From positions 4,256,001 through 4,320,000 of the forward strand of contig OZ244587.1 of the NCBI GenBank assembly GCA_965218095.1: a stretch of 64,000 nucleotides of DNA, given 5' to 3'. Positions 29,876 to 39,380 of this stretch are shown here, in pieces. The position numbers and the translations under genes are program-made. The stretch comes from Candidatus Poribacteria bacterium (lineage in GTDB: Bacteria; Poribacteria; WGA-4E; PCPOR2b). Below the pieces are notes generated by a model. It ran no database searches. It was not told where the DNA came from and worked only from the letters and a program-made list of their open reading frames with translations. Each line of letters opens with the position of its first letter. Position 1 is the stretch's first letter.

Positions 29876-31954
29876 ATGGCGCGGAAATACCCGATTGAAT
29901 GTGTACGAAACATCGGCATCATGGCACACATCGATGCCGGCAAAACAACCACAACAGAACGCATTTTATTCTATACAGGCAAAAAACATAAGATCGGCGC
30001 CGTAGATGATGGAACTGCGGAAATGGATTGGATGGTTCAGGAGCGTGAACGCGGCGTCACCATCACCGCTGCAGTGACGACCTGTTTTTGGCGCAATCAC
30101 ATCATTCACCTGATCGACACGCCAGGACACGTCGATTTCACGGTTGAAGTCGAACGATCGCTCCGCGTACTTGATGGCGCCGTCGCCCTATTCTGTGCAG
30201 TCGGTGGCGTTGAACCGCAATCCGAAACGGTTTGGCGTCAAGCTGAGCGCTACCACATCCCACGCATTGCTTTCGTAAACAAAATGGATCGGGTTGGTGC
30301 GAATTTTCCGCGTGTTATCGAAATGATAAAAGATCGATTAGGCACCAATCCATTACTTATTCAATTGCCAATCGGCTCTGAAGGTCAGTTCTCAGGCGTA
30401 ATCGATCTCATCCGTATGAAAGCCGTCTATTGGCATGAAGCCGATCAAGGGCAGACCTTTGATTTGGGGAACATTCCGCCAGCACTGCAAGCAGAAGCGG
30501 AAGGCGCCCGTGAGGTGATAGTTGAATCCGTTGCGAGCGAAGATGATGTGCTTCTGGAAACATATCTTGAAGGCAGGGAAATCACGGAAGCGGAACTTCG
30601 GAATGGCATTCGTATGGGAACGTTGAAAAACGCTTTCGTTCCTGTATTGTGCGGAACAGCGTTAAAGAATCAAGGCATCCAGCCGTTGCTCGACGTAGTT
30701 GTCGATTTCCTCCCCTCGCCGGTTGACGTACCGCCAATTGCGGGAATCGTCCTGAAGATGAATCGAGAGGAAGTGCGTGAGTCGAAGGATAACGCACCGT
30801 TCACCGCTTTAGCGTTCAAGGTCGCCAGTGACCCAAATGTCGATAAGATCGTTTACTGCCGCATCTACTCCGGGACGCTCAAGCGTGGGGCGGTCGTTTA
30901 CAACGTGACGAAAGACACAAAAGAGCGGGTGACGCGGATTTTGCAAATGCACGCCAACAAACGGGAGGGCTGTGATGAAGCCCACGCAGGAGACATCGTT
31001 GCACTTGTCGGGTTGAAAAGAACCATGACCGGGGACACTTTGGCAGATACCTCGCATCCAGTTCTGCTGGAATCAATGGCCTTTCCGGAACCAGTGATTT
31101 CTGTAGCCCTTGAACCGAGGTCTGAGAGGGATAAGGATAAGCTGGAAGCGACACTTCAGGTTCTGATGGAAGAGGATCCGACCTTTTCGGTAAAAATTGA
31201 CCAAGAAACCGGGCAGAGGGTGATTTCGGGCATGGGCGAGCTTCATCTGGAGATCTTGACAGATCGACTGCTTCGTGAGTTCAGGATCAATGCCCGCGTA
31301 AGTAAATTGCAGGTCGCCTATCGTGAGACGATCAGCCGGGTTGCCGAAGCCCAAGGCAAATATATCCACCAAATCGATAACGAGGGCATCTATGGGGACG
31401 TGATACTAAGGTTGGAAGCTCTGCCAAGAGGAGAAGGGTTTGAATTTGTGGATGAAAGCGACGAAACAAAGATTCCTCGTCAGTATGTTCCCGCAATTGA
31501 AAGTGCCGTGAAAAGCGCAATGTCGAATGGGGTCCTAACTGGCTTCCCGATGCAAGACATCAAAGCGGTTCTCGTTGGTGGTTCATACCATGAGACAGAT
31601 TCGTCGGAGATTGCCTTTGAAGCCGCCGCTGTTGCTGCTTTTGAAAATGCCGCCGAAAAAGCCTCCCCCGTTCTGTTGGAGCCAATCATGAAAATTCAAG
31701 TCATCGCTCCGAGCGAGCACATTGGAAAAGTGATTGGCGATCTCAATTCACGTCGCGCTCAGATTACCGAAATCGGGACCGTCGGAACGGCGGAATCTAT
31801 CGATTCCGATGTCCCGTTAGCGCGGATGTTTCAGTACACAACGGATCTGCGCTCGCTGACTCAGGGACGGGGCACGTTCACGATGGAATTCTCCCATTAC
31901 AACGTTGCGCCTGCCACCACACGAGATGCTGTTGTGAATAAACCGCTGTTTTAG
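29876..31954 (+). CDS. fusA: Elongation factor G (stand-alone copy)
   Basis: [50 protein letters not shown]. Confidence 0.95.
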   Translation: MARKYPIECVRNIGIMAHIDAGKTTTTERILFYTGKKHKIGAVDDGTAEMDWMVQERERGVTITAAVTTCFWRNHIIHLIDTPGHVDFTVEVERSLRVLDGAVALFCAVGGVEPQSETVWRQAERYHIPRIAFVNKMDRVGANFPRVIEMIKDRLGTNPLLIQLPIGSEGQFSGVIDLIRMKAVYWHEADQGQTFDLGNIPPALQAEAEGAREVIVESVASEDDVLLETYLEGREITEAELRNGIRMGTLKNAFVPVLCGTALKNQGIQPLLDVVVDFLPSPVDVPPIAGIVLKMNREEVRESKDNAPFTALAFKVASDPNVDKIVYCRIYSGTLKRGAVVYNVTKDTKERVTRILQMHANKREGCDEAHAGDIVALVGLKRTMTGDTLADTSHPVLLESMAFPEPVISVALEPRSERDKDKLEATLQVLMEEDPTFSVKIDQETGQRVISGMGELHLEILTDRLLREFRINARVSKLQVAYRETISRVAEAQGKYIHQIDNEGIYGDVILRLEALPRGEGFEFVDESDETKIPRQYVPAIESAVKSAMSNGVLTGFPMQDIKAVLVGGSYHETDSSEIAFEAAAVAAFENAAEKASPVLLEPIMKIQVIAPSEHIGKVIGDLNSRRAQITEIGTVGTAESIDSDVPLARMFQYTTDLRSLTQGRGTFTMEFSHYNVAPATTRDAVVNKPLF

Positions 31955-32018
31955 TAGCAGATGTGAAACAACATGAAAGTTAATTCGTTCCATTTTCGCT
32001 ATGCATGAAGGAGGGACG

Positions 32019-33035
32019 ATGAGCAAGCCTAAGATTTTATACGTGCCCACATCGGGGCACACTGAAAACGTCTTCAAACCGGAAGTTTTCGCACGATTTC
32101 AAGACCGGTTTGATGTAACCTTGAACGAAACCGGTTCAAACTATATGAGTGACCAGATTGCCGAACTTATTGGCGGGTTCGATGGCGTTGTGACCGGTTG
32201 GGGAACCTCACCGATAACTGAAAAGGTGATGCAGCATGCAGATGCGCTCCGAATCATCGCCCATTCAGCAGGTTCGGTGAAGCGGCTCGTCGGCGAGGTT
32301 TTCGATAAATACATCGTGCCGCGCCGGCTCTGTGTATTCAGCGCCAACGAAGCCATCGCTTACAATGTCGCTGAATACACAATTGGCGCGCTGATTATGA
32401 CCACCCGCCGATGGGTTGACTTTATTGCACACACCCGATCGGGGAAATGGAATCCCAGCGAAGTGGCATCGAAAGTGAACTCCTTACGTGGAAGTGTCGT
32501 CGGTATCGTCTCGGCAAGCAAAGTCGGACGAGAGGTGATTAAGCTCTTGGATCCCTTCAACGTGACGATATTGATCTACGATCCGTACCTTTCAGATTGG
32601 GAGGCGGGAAATCTCGGTGTGGAGAAGGTTGTGCTCAATGCTCTCTTTTCCAGATCTGACCTTGTTACTGTTCATGCACCAAGCATCCCCGAAACGAACA
32701 AGATGATCGGTGCGGAACAACTGAAACTGCTTCGGGATGGGACGACACTGGTCAACACTTCGCGGGGCAGCGTTATCGACCATGATGCGTTGCTGGCGGA
32801 AGCGCGTACAGGTCGTATTCTCATTACCCTTGATGTCACGACCCCGGAGCCCTTGCCACCGGATAGCCCATTTCGGGGGTTGCCGAATGTTTTCGTCACG
32901 CCTCATGTTTCCGGCCCCGGCGCTTACGGCTACGCCAAAATCGGTGAGATGACGCTCGCAGCTCTGGAGGATTTCTTCGCAGGTAGACTTGTCGTTGGCG
33001 CCGTCGATTTCGACAGGTTCAGTCTACTGGCATAA
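32019..33035 (+). CDS. D-isomer-specific 2-hydroxyacid dehydrogenase family
   Basis: HSAGSVK, VAEY, YDPY, HAP, NTSRG, LDVT-PEP, TPHVSG. Confidence 0.9.
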   Translation: MSKPKILYVPTSGHTENVFKPEVFARFQDRFDVTLNETGSNYMSDQIAELIGGFDGVVTGWGTSPITEKVMQHADALRIIAHSAGSVKRLVGEVFDKYIVPRRLCVFSANEAIAYNVAEYTIGALIMTTRRWVDFIAHTRSGKWNPSEVASKVNSLRGSVVGIVSASKVGREVIKLLDPFNVTILIYDPYLSDWEAGNLGVEKVVLNALFSRSDLVTVHAPSIPETNKMIGAEQLKLLRDGTTLVNTSRGSVIDHDALLAEARTGRILITLDVTTPEPLPPDSPFRGLPNVFVTPHVSGPGAYGYAKIGEMTLAALEDFFAGRLVVGAVDFDRFSLLA

Positions 33036-33098
33036 TTCTCACTTTCCGCTTGTCGAAAAAATGCTGTCAACGCCATAGTTTCCATAAACCGAGAGTTT

Positions 33099-33116
33099 TT
33101 GCACCAAACGGTGCAA
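33099..33116. promoter_or_regulatory. Candidate enhancer (UAS) for a sigma-54 activator
   Basis: Palindrome TTGCACC-AAAC-GGTGCAA, resembling the NtrC site TGCACC-N5-GGTGCA, about 100 bp upstream of a -24/-12 promoter. Confidence 0.55.
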
Positions 33117-33211
33117 CTCAAAATCGCCGCCCTAAACCGATCTGGGCATTGGTGTGTCCCACCTACAATAGAGAATCCCTGATTTTTGGGGATTTTCCGG
33201 TTATGAGATGA

Positions 33212-33226
33212 TGGCATATAAATTGC
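33212..33226 (+). promoter_or_regulatory. Sigma-54 (-24/-12) promoter
   Basis: TGGCAT-ATAAA-TTGC, GG-N10-GC spacing. Confidence 0.75.
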
Positions 33227-33333
33227 GCTTAATCCGCACATCAGGATGCACAGGCTTTTGCATCACACGTGAGATGATGCAAGGGGTTGTCCAATCAAAA
33301 TACAAACTTAAATTCAATTGTTGGAGGTAACAA

Positions 33334-34818
33334 ATGAGTGCCAAGCAAACTTCAGGAGCTTTCATGACTTCGTTGATTCTTCACGGAATCGCGGCGTTCA
33401 TTGCGGGTGTATATCTCGTCACCCAGACACAGCAGTTCAAAGATCTCGTTGGGGCTGAAGTCCTTCAAGCGAAGGAACCCCCCAAACCCCAGGTGCGTAA
33501 ACCGGTCATCAAGCCTGTTGTCAAGCCAACGGTTCCGACCACGAGTACCGTCGTTGTTGAGCAAGTTCAAGTTCAGCCAAGAGTAACGACGGCGGCTGTT
33601 GTTCGTCCCACCTCTGTCCAACCGCAGACGGTGCTTGAATTCTCGAATAAAGTTGTTAAGCTCAATGCACCCATCAATCCCAATATTCCGAAGGTAGTCA
33701 ACCCCAATGTTCCGGTACCGCAGGTGGTGACGCACGCTGATCTGCCTGTTTCCGATGCGCCAGGTGCGCTGGCATTTTCCGCTCCCGTTGCGACAGCTCC
33801 AAGCGCTGCGCCGGCGAACATCGGTCGTGGTATTGGCGGTATCGTGCAGGTAAAGGTTGCTTTCGAGCGTCCGGCGGGGCTTGCGATGGTCGAGCATGTC
33901 GGGGCAACCCGCGACGCCTTGAGTGATGTGGTTGAGAACATCACACTGGGTAATGTTGAAGTGCCGCCGCTGCCGCGTGGTGAACCGGGTGGTACAGTGA
34001 TTGGCAAAGGTCGTGACATTCGTGGGGTGTTTCGCTTCACGCGCGTGCGCCACGCCCTTTCTGACTGGTGGGCGGATGCGTCTTCACTGAACGCATGGAC
34101 CAAGTGGCTCAATGAACGGACGAAGATCAAAACCGACATGAACGTTGAAGGCGGCGCGCTCAAATTGACCGACGCCAACCTGCAGAAATGCCCGTTGGTC
34201 TTCATGACAGGACACGATCCCGCAATGGCCAAGGGACACAACTTGTTTAATCGTGGCGGCGGTGGCGGCGGTCAAAAGATTGAGAGCAAACTTCCCGAGG
34301 CAGACGCCGCTGCATTGCGAAGATATCTTGTTGAAAAAGGTGGTTTCCTCGTCTTTGACGACTGCGGTGTGAACGCGGCGTCCCAAGGCATGCCCCGCTT
34401 GTTCCTCGCTCAGATGCGATATGTGATGCCGGAATATCAGGTGATGCGTATTCCCAACGACCACGAAGTCTACAATAACTTCTATGAAATGGGTGGACCG
34501 CCGATTGGGTTTGATATCTTCTGGTTTGGCAGCCGCCCGCCCAAGCGGAATTTCCTTGAAGGTGTTTCGATAGGTGATAATCTTTCGGTCCTGCTTGTTC
34601 GTCGTGACTATATGTGTTCGATGGAGTCGGTTAGCTTGCCCACCCGTTCCATTAAATACTCCCCCGGTGTCTATCGTTTCATGACCAATGTTGCGGTTTA
34701 CGCGCTGACACACGGTTCAATTTCAGATTACTCCGGTTATGTGCCAGAAGATCGGATAGCAAAGCAGAATCTGCCGACCAGGGCGCCAGAAGCTGCGAAA
34801 ATTGGGGCTGTTGAATAA
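33334..34818 (+). CDS. DUF4159-domain protein with TonB-like N-terminal anchor and Pro/Val-rich linker
   Basis: TM helix with S-x3-H (TSLILHG), about 180-aa Pro/Val/Ala-rich linker, then DWWAD...PLVFMTGH...LRRYL..GGFLVFDDC...NVAVYALTH (DUF4159 signature). Confidence 0.8.
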   Translation: MSAKQTSGAFMTSLILHGIAAFIAGVYLVTQTQQFKDLVGAEVLQAKEPPKPQVRKPVIKPVVKPTVPTTSTVVVEQVQVQPRVTTAAVVRPTSVQPQTVLEFSNKVVKLNAPINPNIPKVVNPNVPVPQVVTHADLPVSDAPGALAFSAPVATAPSAAPANIGRGIGGIVQVKVAFERPAGLAMVEHVGATRDALSDVVENITLGNVEVPPLPRGEPGGTVIGKGRDIRGVFRFTRVRHALSDWWADASSLNAWTKWLNERTKIKTDMNVEGGALKLTDANLQKCPLVFMTGHDPAMAKGHNLFNRGGGGGGQKIESKLPEADAAALRRYLVEKGGFLVFDDCGVNAASQGMPRLFLAQMRYVMPEYQVMRIPNDHEVYNNFYEMGGPPIGFDIFWFGSRPPKRNFLEGVSIGDNLSVLLVRRDYMCSMESVSLPTRSIKYSPGVYRFMTNVAVYALTHGSISDYSGYVPEDRIAKQNLPTRAPEAAKIGAVE

Positions 34819-34855
34819 AGTCTGCTGATTCGGACAAGCCCTTGAATCAATCGAG

Positions 34856-34890
34856 CAAAAAAAGCAGCCAATTGTTTGGCTGCTTTTTTG
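34856..34890. terminator. Bidirectional intrinsic terminator
   Basis: AAAAAAGCAGCCAA-ttgt-TTGGCTGCTTTTTT between convergent genes. Confidence 0.85.
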
Positions 34891-34970
34891 TGCTCATTAT
34901 CCTTGAAAAGGTTCCAAACCCTTTCAAAGTTACGGCAGCGCATCTGTCCAAAAACTTCTGCCTTGAAGCA

Positions 34971-36434
34971 CTACTCCGTTGATGGCACTCCCTCTGCCAA
35001 GCCCGCATAGACTTTCCGTCCTTCGTGGAAAAGGTGCAGAACCTCTTCCCGCTGTTCATCTTTTGTGAACGTGCCAATCCGACGGATCCAATCCATTGAA
35101 TCGTCAATTGAACGGACAAAAAACGCTGCGGACTCCTGTGAGACTCTGTCCGGGCGTCCTGTGCCGATATAGACTGGGCTGGTGTGTGCATAGATTGCCT
35201 GTGCAAAGCTATCCCGCGCACCGCCATAGGCGCGTGCAGCAATCCAGCTATCCATCTCGATCTTGATATCAAATGCCCATTTCCCAGTCCGCACTGATAC
35301 CTCATTGAATTCCTTACATTGTGCGACACGGCCGTTGTGGATTAACTCCAGGCAATTGATTGGATAGTGCGAATCCCACGAGATCTCCCCCGATATTTTG
35401 CGAGGCGTGCCATTGGGTGAGTCGATCCATCCACCGGGCATTTTCCCATCAATATTCAGAAACAGCGCAGGGCCGTTCGTGATGAACGTATTGCCCGCCT
35501 GTAAGCCTTTCAACCAGTTCTCATAAGTAAACCCTTGATCAGTCTGAACATAGACGCGGTTGTTTGAGCAGATGAACCAATCCGTCCCGGTTGATGCAGG
35601 GAGCGGAATACCGCAGTTGAGAAGGTGATACCAGATGTCGTATTCCGGATCCATCCAGTAAGGATCAAAGAGGTTGAAGGCGTCCAGCTTGCCCAACGCC
35701 GCTGCTACGGGCGCCTCCATCCCGATTCCGTTGTGGCACCACAGAACGATTCCTCCTTGCCGTTTTGCGTCATCGCAGGCGTAGCAGAGCGGCGGATAAT
35801 CCGGATCGAAATCGCTGACGAGATCGCCGCGGCTGACAGGCTCAACCAGGTTTCGGATGCGCAAAAGCATGATATGCCCATAAGCCATGCCACCCCGGCG
35901 GTAATTGTGCCGATTCTCCTCACCAGAATCTACGAGATGATGTGCCGTTGAATAGTCGGTCATGAATCCGATCGGATACTTATTGCTTGCGTAAGGCAAC
36001 TCGCGCCGCTGAAGGATGCTGATTACTGTCACACTCAGATCGTGGACTTTCGGATCCAGTCGCAGCCGCTCGTCCGGACGAGCTTCCTTCTCACTGTAGT
36101 GCAAGTGCGTATTCCCCGGGTACCAGTGCTGTGATGGGAGGTCCGTCCACCGTTTCAGGTGTAACTCGACCTCAACAGAACCCTTTTGGGGCATTAAGAC
36201 AACTTTGCGCAAGGGTTCGTACTCCGTTCCCCGTTCGACAATGATATCTGTCGAACCCCGCGGGACATTGACGGTAAACTTCCCTGAGCTGTAGAAAAAT
36301 GGATCGCCCGGCCCAACTTTCAAAATGCTGTCAGCAGGATGGACAAAACTCCCGTTGCTTGTCAACACGTGGACTTTTGCCTCGACAAGTTCCCCTGAAA
36401 CGCTATCCCGGATGATGCCGTGTAGTGTTCCCAT
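34971..36434 (-). CDS. CehA/McbA-like PHP-fold metallohydrolase with N-terminal beta-sandwich
   Basis: GNTHLH, GEENRH, YGH, WCH, STGTD, TNGP, AHTSPVY motifs. Confidence 0.8.
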   Translation of the reverse strand: MGTLHGIIRDSVSGELVEAKVHVLTSNGSFVHPADSILKVGPGDPFFYSSGKFTVNVPRGSTDIIVERGTEYEPLRKVVLMPQKGSVEVELHLKRWTDLPSQHWYPGNTHLHYSEKEARPDERLRLDPKVHDLSVTVISILQRRELPYASNKYPIGFMTDYSTAHHLVDSGEENRHNYRRGGMAYGHIMLLRIRNLVEPVSRGDLVSDFDPDYPPLCYACDDAKRQGGIVLWCHNGIGMEAPVAAALGKLDAFNLFDPYWMDPEYDIWYHLLNCGIPLPASTGTDWFICSNNRVYVQTDQGFTYENWLKGLQAGNTFITNGPALFLNIDGKMPGGWIDSPNGTPRKISGEISWDSHYPINCLELIHNGRVAQCKEFNEVSVRTGKWAFDIKIEMDSWIAARAYGGARDSFAQAIYAHTSPVYIGTGRPDRVSQESAAFFVRSIDDSMDWIRRIGTFTKDEQREEVLHLFHEGRKVYAGLAEGVPSTE

Positions 36435-36710
36435 GGAATTCCTCCTTCAGTATCGGTAATCTTCAAACTTGCTCATTCGTGGAGTACTGATTATAGCATT
36501 ACGCACCATTTCGGTCAAGCTGTGGTTAACGCGATTTTTGAAGTAAGTGCAACCTTTTCCTCATTCATGCATTCTACGTCCTAATCCAACTGTCGAGGGC
36601 CGGGATGCACCTATCAGACCAGGAATTGATGCTCCGCTATCGTGTAGAAAGCGAATCGCGTTCATCGGACGTGTCGTCGATCATGGGTGGTGGCGTGTTC
36701 AGGTGAAACG

Positions 36711-37518
36711 TTAGACTGAGTTTTTACGCACCTTGATGAGGGCACATACGCGATCGACGTCAACTTCGTTCGTTGTCACGCCATCGTGTTTGATTGATGT
36801 GCCGACGATGACGCCATCGGCATACTGCAAGATTTGGCTGAGGTTGTCGATGGTCACACCGCTTCCAGCGAAGACACTGGCTTGAGGAACTGCAGCTTTT
36901 ACAGTTCGCAGTTGATTGAGATCTGTGCCTTTACCCGTTGCGGTACCTGTCACGATCAGGACATCGGCAAGCCCACGATGATTAGGTATCCTCCGCACTC
37001 GCGAGGACATCCATTGGCGCAAGCGGCACGGCGTGTTTGACGGCGACATCGGCGAAAATTTTAACCTCGCTTCTGAGGGTCGATCGGTAGCGCAGGGTTT
37101 CATGCGCCCTTCCTTGTATAATGCCCTGATCGGTGAGCATTGCGCCGGTATGCACGTTTACGCGGATAAAATTTGCGCCTGAGACCGTCGCAATTGCCAT
37201 CGCCAATTTTGCGTCATTGCGCAGGACGTTGAGCCCAATCGGTATCTGCGGATAGTGTTCACGCATCCCGTTCGCAATGACTGTCAACCCCGCAACAATA
37301 TGGAGTTCCACGCAATCTGGAAAGAACGGCACATCGCCGTAATTCTCAATGATAACCCCGTTGATGCCATTGTTGATCAGCGTCCCTGCATCTGACAGCG
37401 CACGCGTGCAAATCTCACTGAAAAGGAGTGTTGAGCCGGGACTGCCAATCAGTGGGGGCAGATGAATCACGCCGATGATCGGTTTGGGATGACTGAAAAG
37501 GTGATTAATTCCTTGCAT
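36711..37518 (-). pseudogene. BtpA/SgcQ family TIM-barrel protein, frameshifted near 36983
   Basis: IGVIHLPPL, ENYGDVPF, GLNVLRND, ADVAVKH, then RGLADVLIVTGTATG and GSGVT in the next frame. Confidence 0.85.
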
Positions 37519-37553
37519 ATTGGCACTTCAAAACGGGGTTATCCATTGTGCGG

Positions 37554-37986
37554 TTATTCCGCTTCGGGCGGGTGCTCACCGGCAGCGCGGAGTACCCGTC
37601 GTAAGTTGAGCAGTTCGGAACGGTTCAGGTGTAGCTCTGCCGGCGCTCTGCCCGTCATGGTTTGCGCAACGATGCCGATAAAGTTCTCACTCCACGCAAA
37701 GTGCCTCGACCACCGTTGGCGGCGCGGGTTAAATAGCGAAACTCGACGCCCTGTCTGCGGGTCGCGGGCGTGAGTTTTGGTGTATTTATGAGCATTGCAC
37801 CACGGACACGCCCCCGCCAAATTGTCCAATGTCGTCTCTCCGCCAGCATTTCAGGGGCGGATATGTTCGCAGTGAAAGGCAGCATTGGTGAAATGGGAAG
37901 GGCAGCGACAGTATTCGCAAAGCCCAAAGGCACGCTCACTCACCTGACGACGGAGTACGACGGGAACGAACACGCTCAGAAGTCAT
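37554..37986 (-). pseudogene. HNH endonuclease (CEYC...EHI-P...GG...NLA-AC--CN--K), in-frame TGA at 37851-37853
   Basis: ERAFGLCEYC...CEHIRP*NAGGETTLDNLAGACPWCNAHK...LFNPRRQRWSRHF. Confidence 0.8.
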
Positions 37987-38355
37987 CGTTTTCGCCTTTC
38001 AAGCCGAGCTCTGTCATGATGCCCCGCAATGTTGTCCCGCGCCGTTGTGCTAAAGTGTTGAGTGCTTCGAGGTGCTTGAGTTTCGCGCCTCTAACTGTTG
38101 GAGCAGCGACTGATACTCCGCGAATTCACATTCGATCAACGCTTTGTCCTCGCACTTGCAGCGCAACCGCTCATAGCGTCGTTGCTGTTCAGCAATGGGC
38201 AGACGAGAGTTTTCCTTAATTTCCGCTAACAACACTGATTCCTCTGCTGCCCCGTTCTGCTCCTGCCATTCGGTGAATTTCCATGTGAATTCGCGTAACT
38301 CGGCGGACGATAATTGCTTAATCGCATTGAGCAAGTGTTCTACGGTCAATTTCAT
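37976..38355 (-). pseudogene. Small helical protein overlapping the HNH gene start (putative antitoxin partner), frameshifted near 38080
   Basis: LLNAIKQLSSAELREF...RYERL...; the alternate frame gives LEALNTLAQRRGTTLRGIMTELGL. Confidence 0.55.
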
Positions 38356-38384
38356 TTACCCCCAGTTTTTCAAGGAGCGTGAGT

Positions 38385-39152
38385 TGACGGGGTTTGACGT
38401 GCTATATCGGTGAGAAACATTGAGAATAACTGACCGACACGATATCTCCGCTGCAAATCGGTAGCGAGAAAAAGGGAGAAAGACAGAAGCCAACCCACGC
38501 CTGAGATACAACGCGCTTTATCACCGTTATCAGCGAATCGGTCTTTATCTTGGTATTGAACGCTTTTGCCCATCAATAGCCCGACTTCTGATAAGTGATA
38601 AAGAGCAATCCGTAAGCAAGACACCCCAACAGCCATAAGAGGTTGATGCGGGATTTTGTCGGTCGTTTGAGCACAAGACTTCCAAATCCAAAGCGACTCT
38701 TGATGTCTCTAAATCCGTGTTCAATCTGCATTCTTCGCTTATAGCAGCTATATATTTCCAATCCGCTGAGGCGGTTTGAAATCAGATACATCGAGTCAAA
38801 GAAACGCTCATCGATGACGATATAGAAGTGAAGTCGAATCTGCTCGGTTCTGTGGTAGAGAATCTGCGGGTAAAAACCGGTTGAATCCATCTGTTTCAGC
38901 GTTTTGACAACGCTCGAATCCAACGTTGCTTATTACGCGCATCACAAACGGAATCTGGTGCACTTTGAGGCACTTTATCACATACTTAGCGCGGGCAAAG
39001 CCACGGTCAAATATCAACATCGGCTCACGCCTTTTGGGGGTGTTTTCCTTTCATAATACCTCCTTGCTTAAAACGGTGCTTGTTTTTAGTAAGGAGGTAT
39101 TTTACCACAGTTGACAATCCTTTCTCACACCTATCGCTGACAAAACCGCCCA
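38385..39152 (-). mobile_element. IS4-family transposase remnant
   Basis: FDRGFAR and YKRRMQIEHGFRDIKS (Y-R--IE---K) motifs split over frames; imperfect terminal IRs near 38387-38418 and 39120-39152. Confidence 0.75.
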
Positions 39153-39380
39153 TGATGCGCCCCCATTAAAAACTGGGGGCAAATGAATTCTACGGTCAAT
39201 TGGGCGGGCACTTCTACAATCGGCATTTCAATTTCCCCTTTCCACTGTGTGTTTTTTGCAATGCTCTATTGACGAAAAACCTTGCTTCAAACCTTCGCAA
39301 GACTCACAATCCTAATTTAACCAGATTACTGTAGCATGCGCTATGCAAGAGCAACCCTGCCTTTGGGCGTCATCGTAACA

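Noticed and set aside
33352-34713. Several 200+ aa minus-strand ORFs
   Set aside because: Shadows of the codon-biased DUF4159 gene
23322-37518. YCF48 and BtpA as evidence of photosynthesis
   Set aside because: Both families are widespread in non-phototrophs; no photosystem genes are present
2667-37853. TGA recoding (Sec, Trp or Arg) to explain in-frame TGA codons
   Set aside because: TGA terminates many intact genes here (e.g. 6968, 22835, 26700); TAG, TAA and frameshifts break other genes too; no Cys-equivalent positions or SECIS-like hairpins were evident
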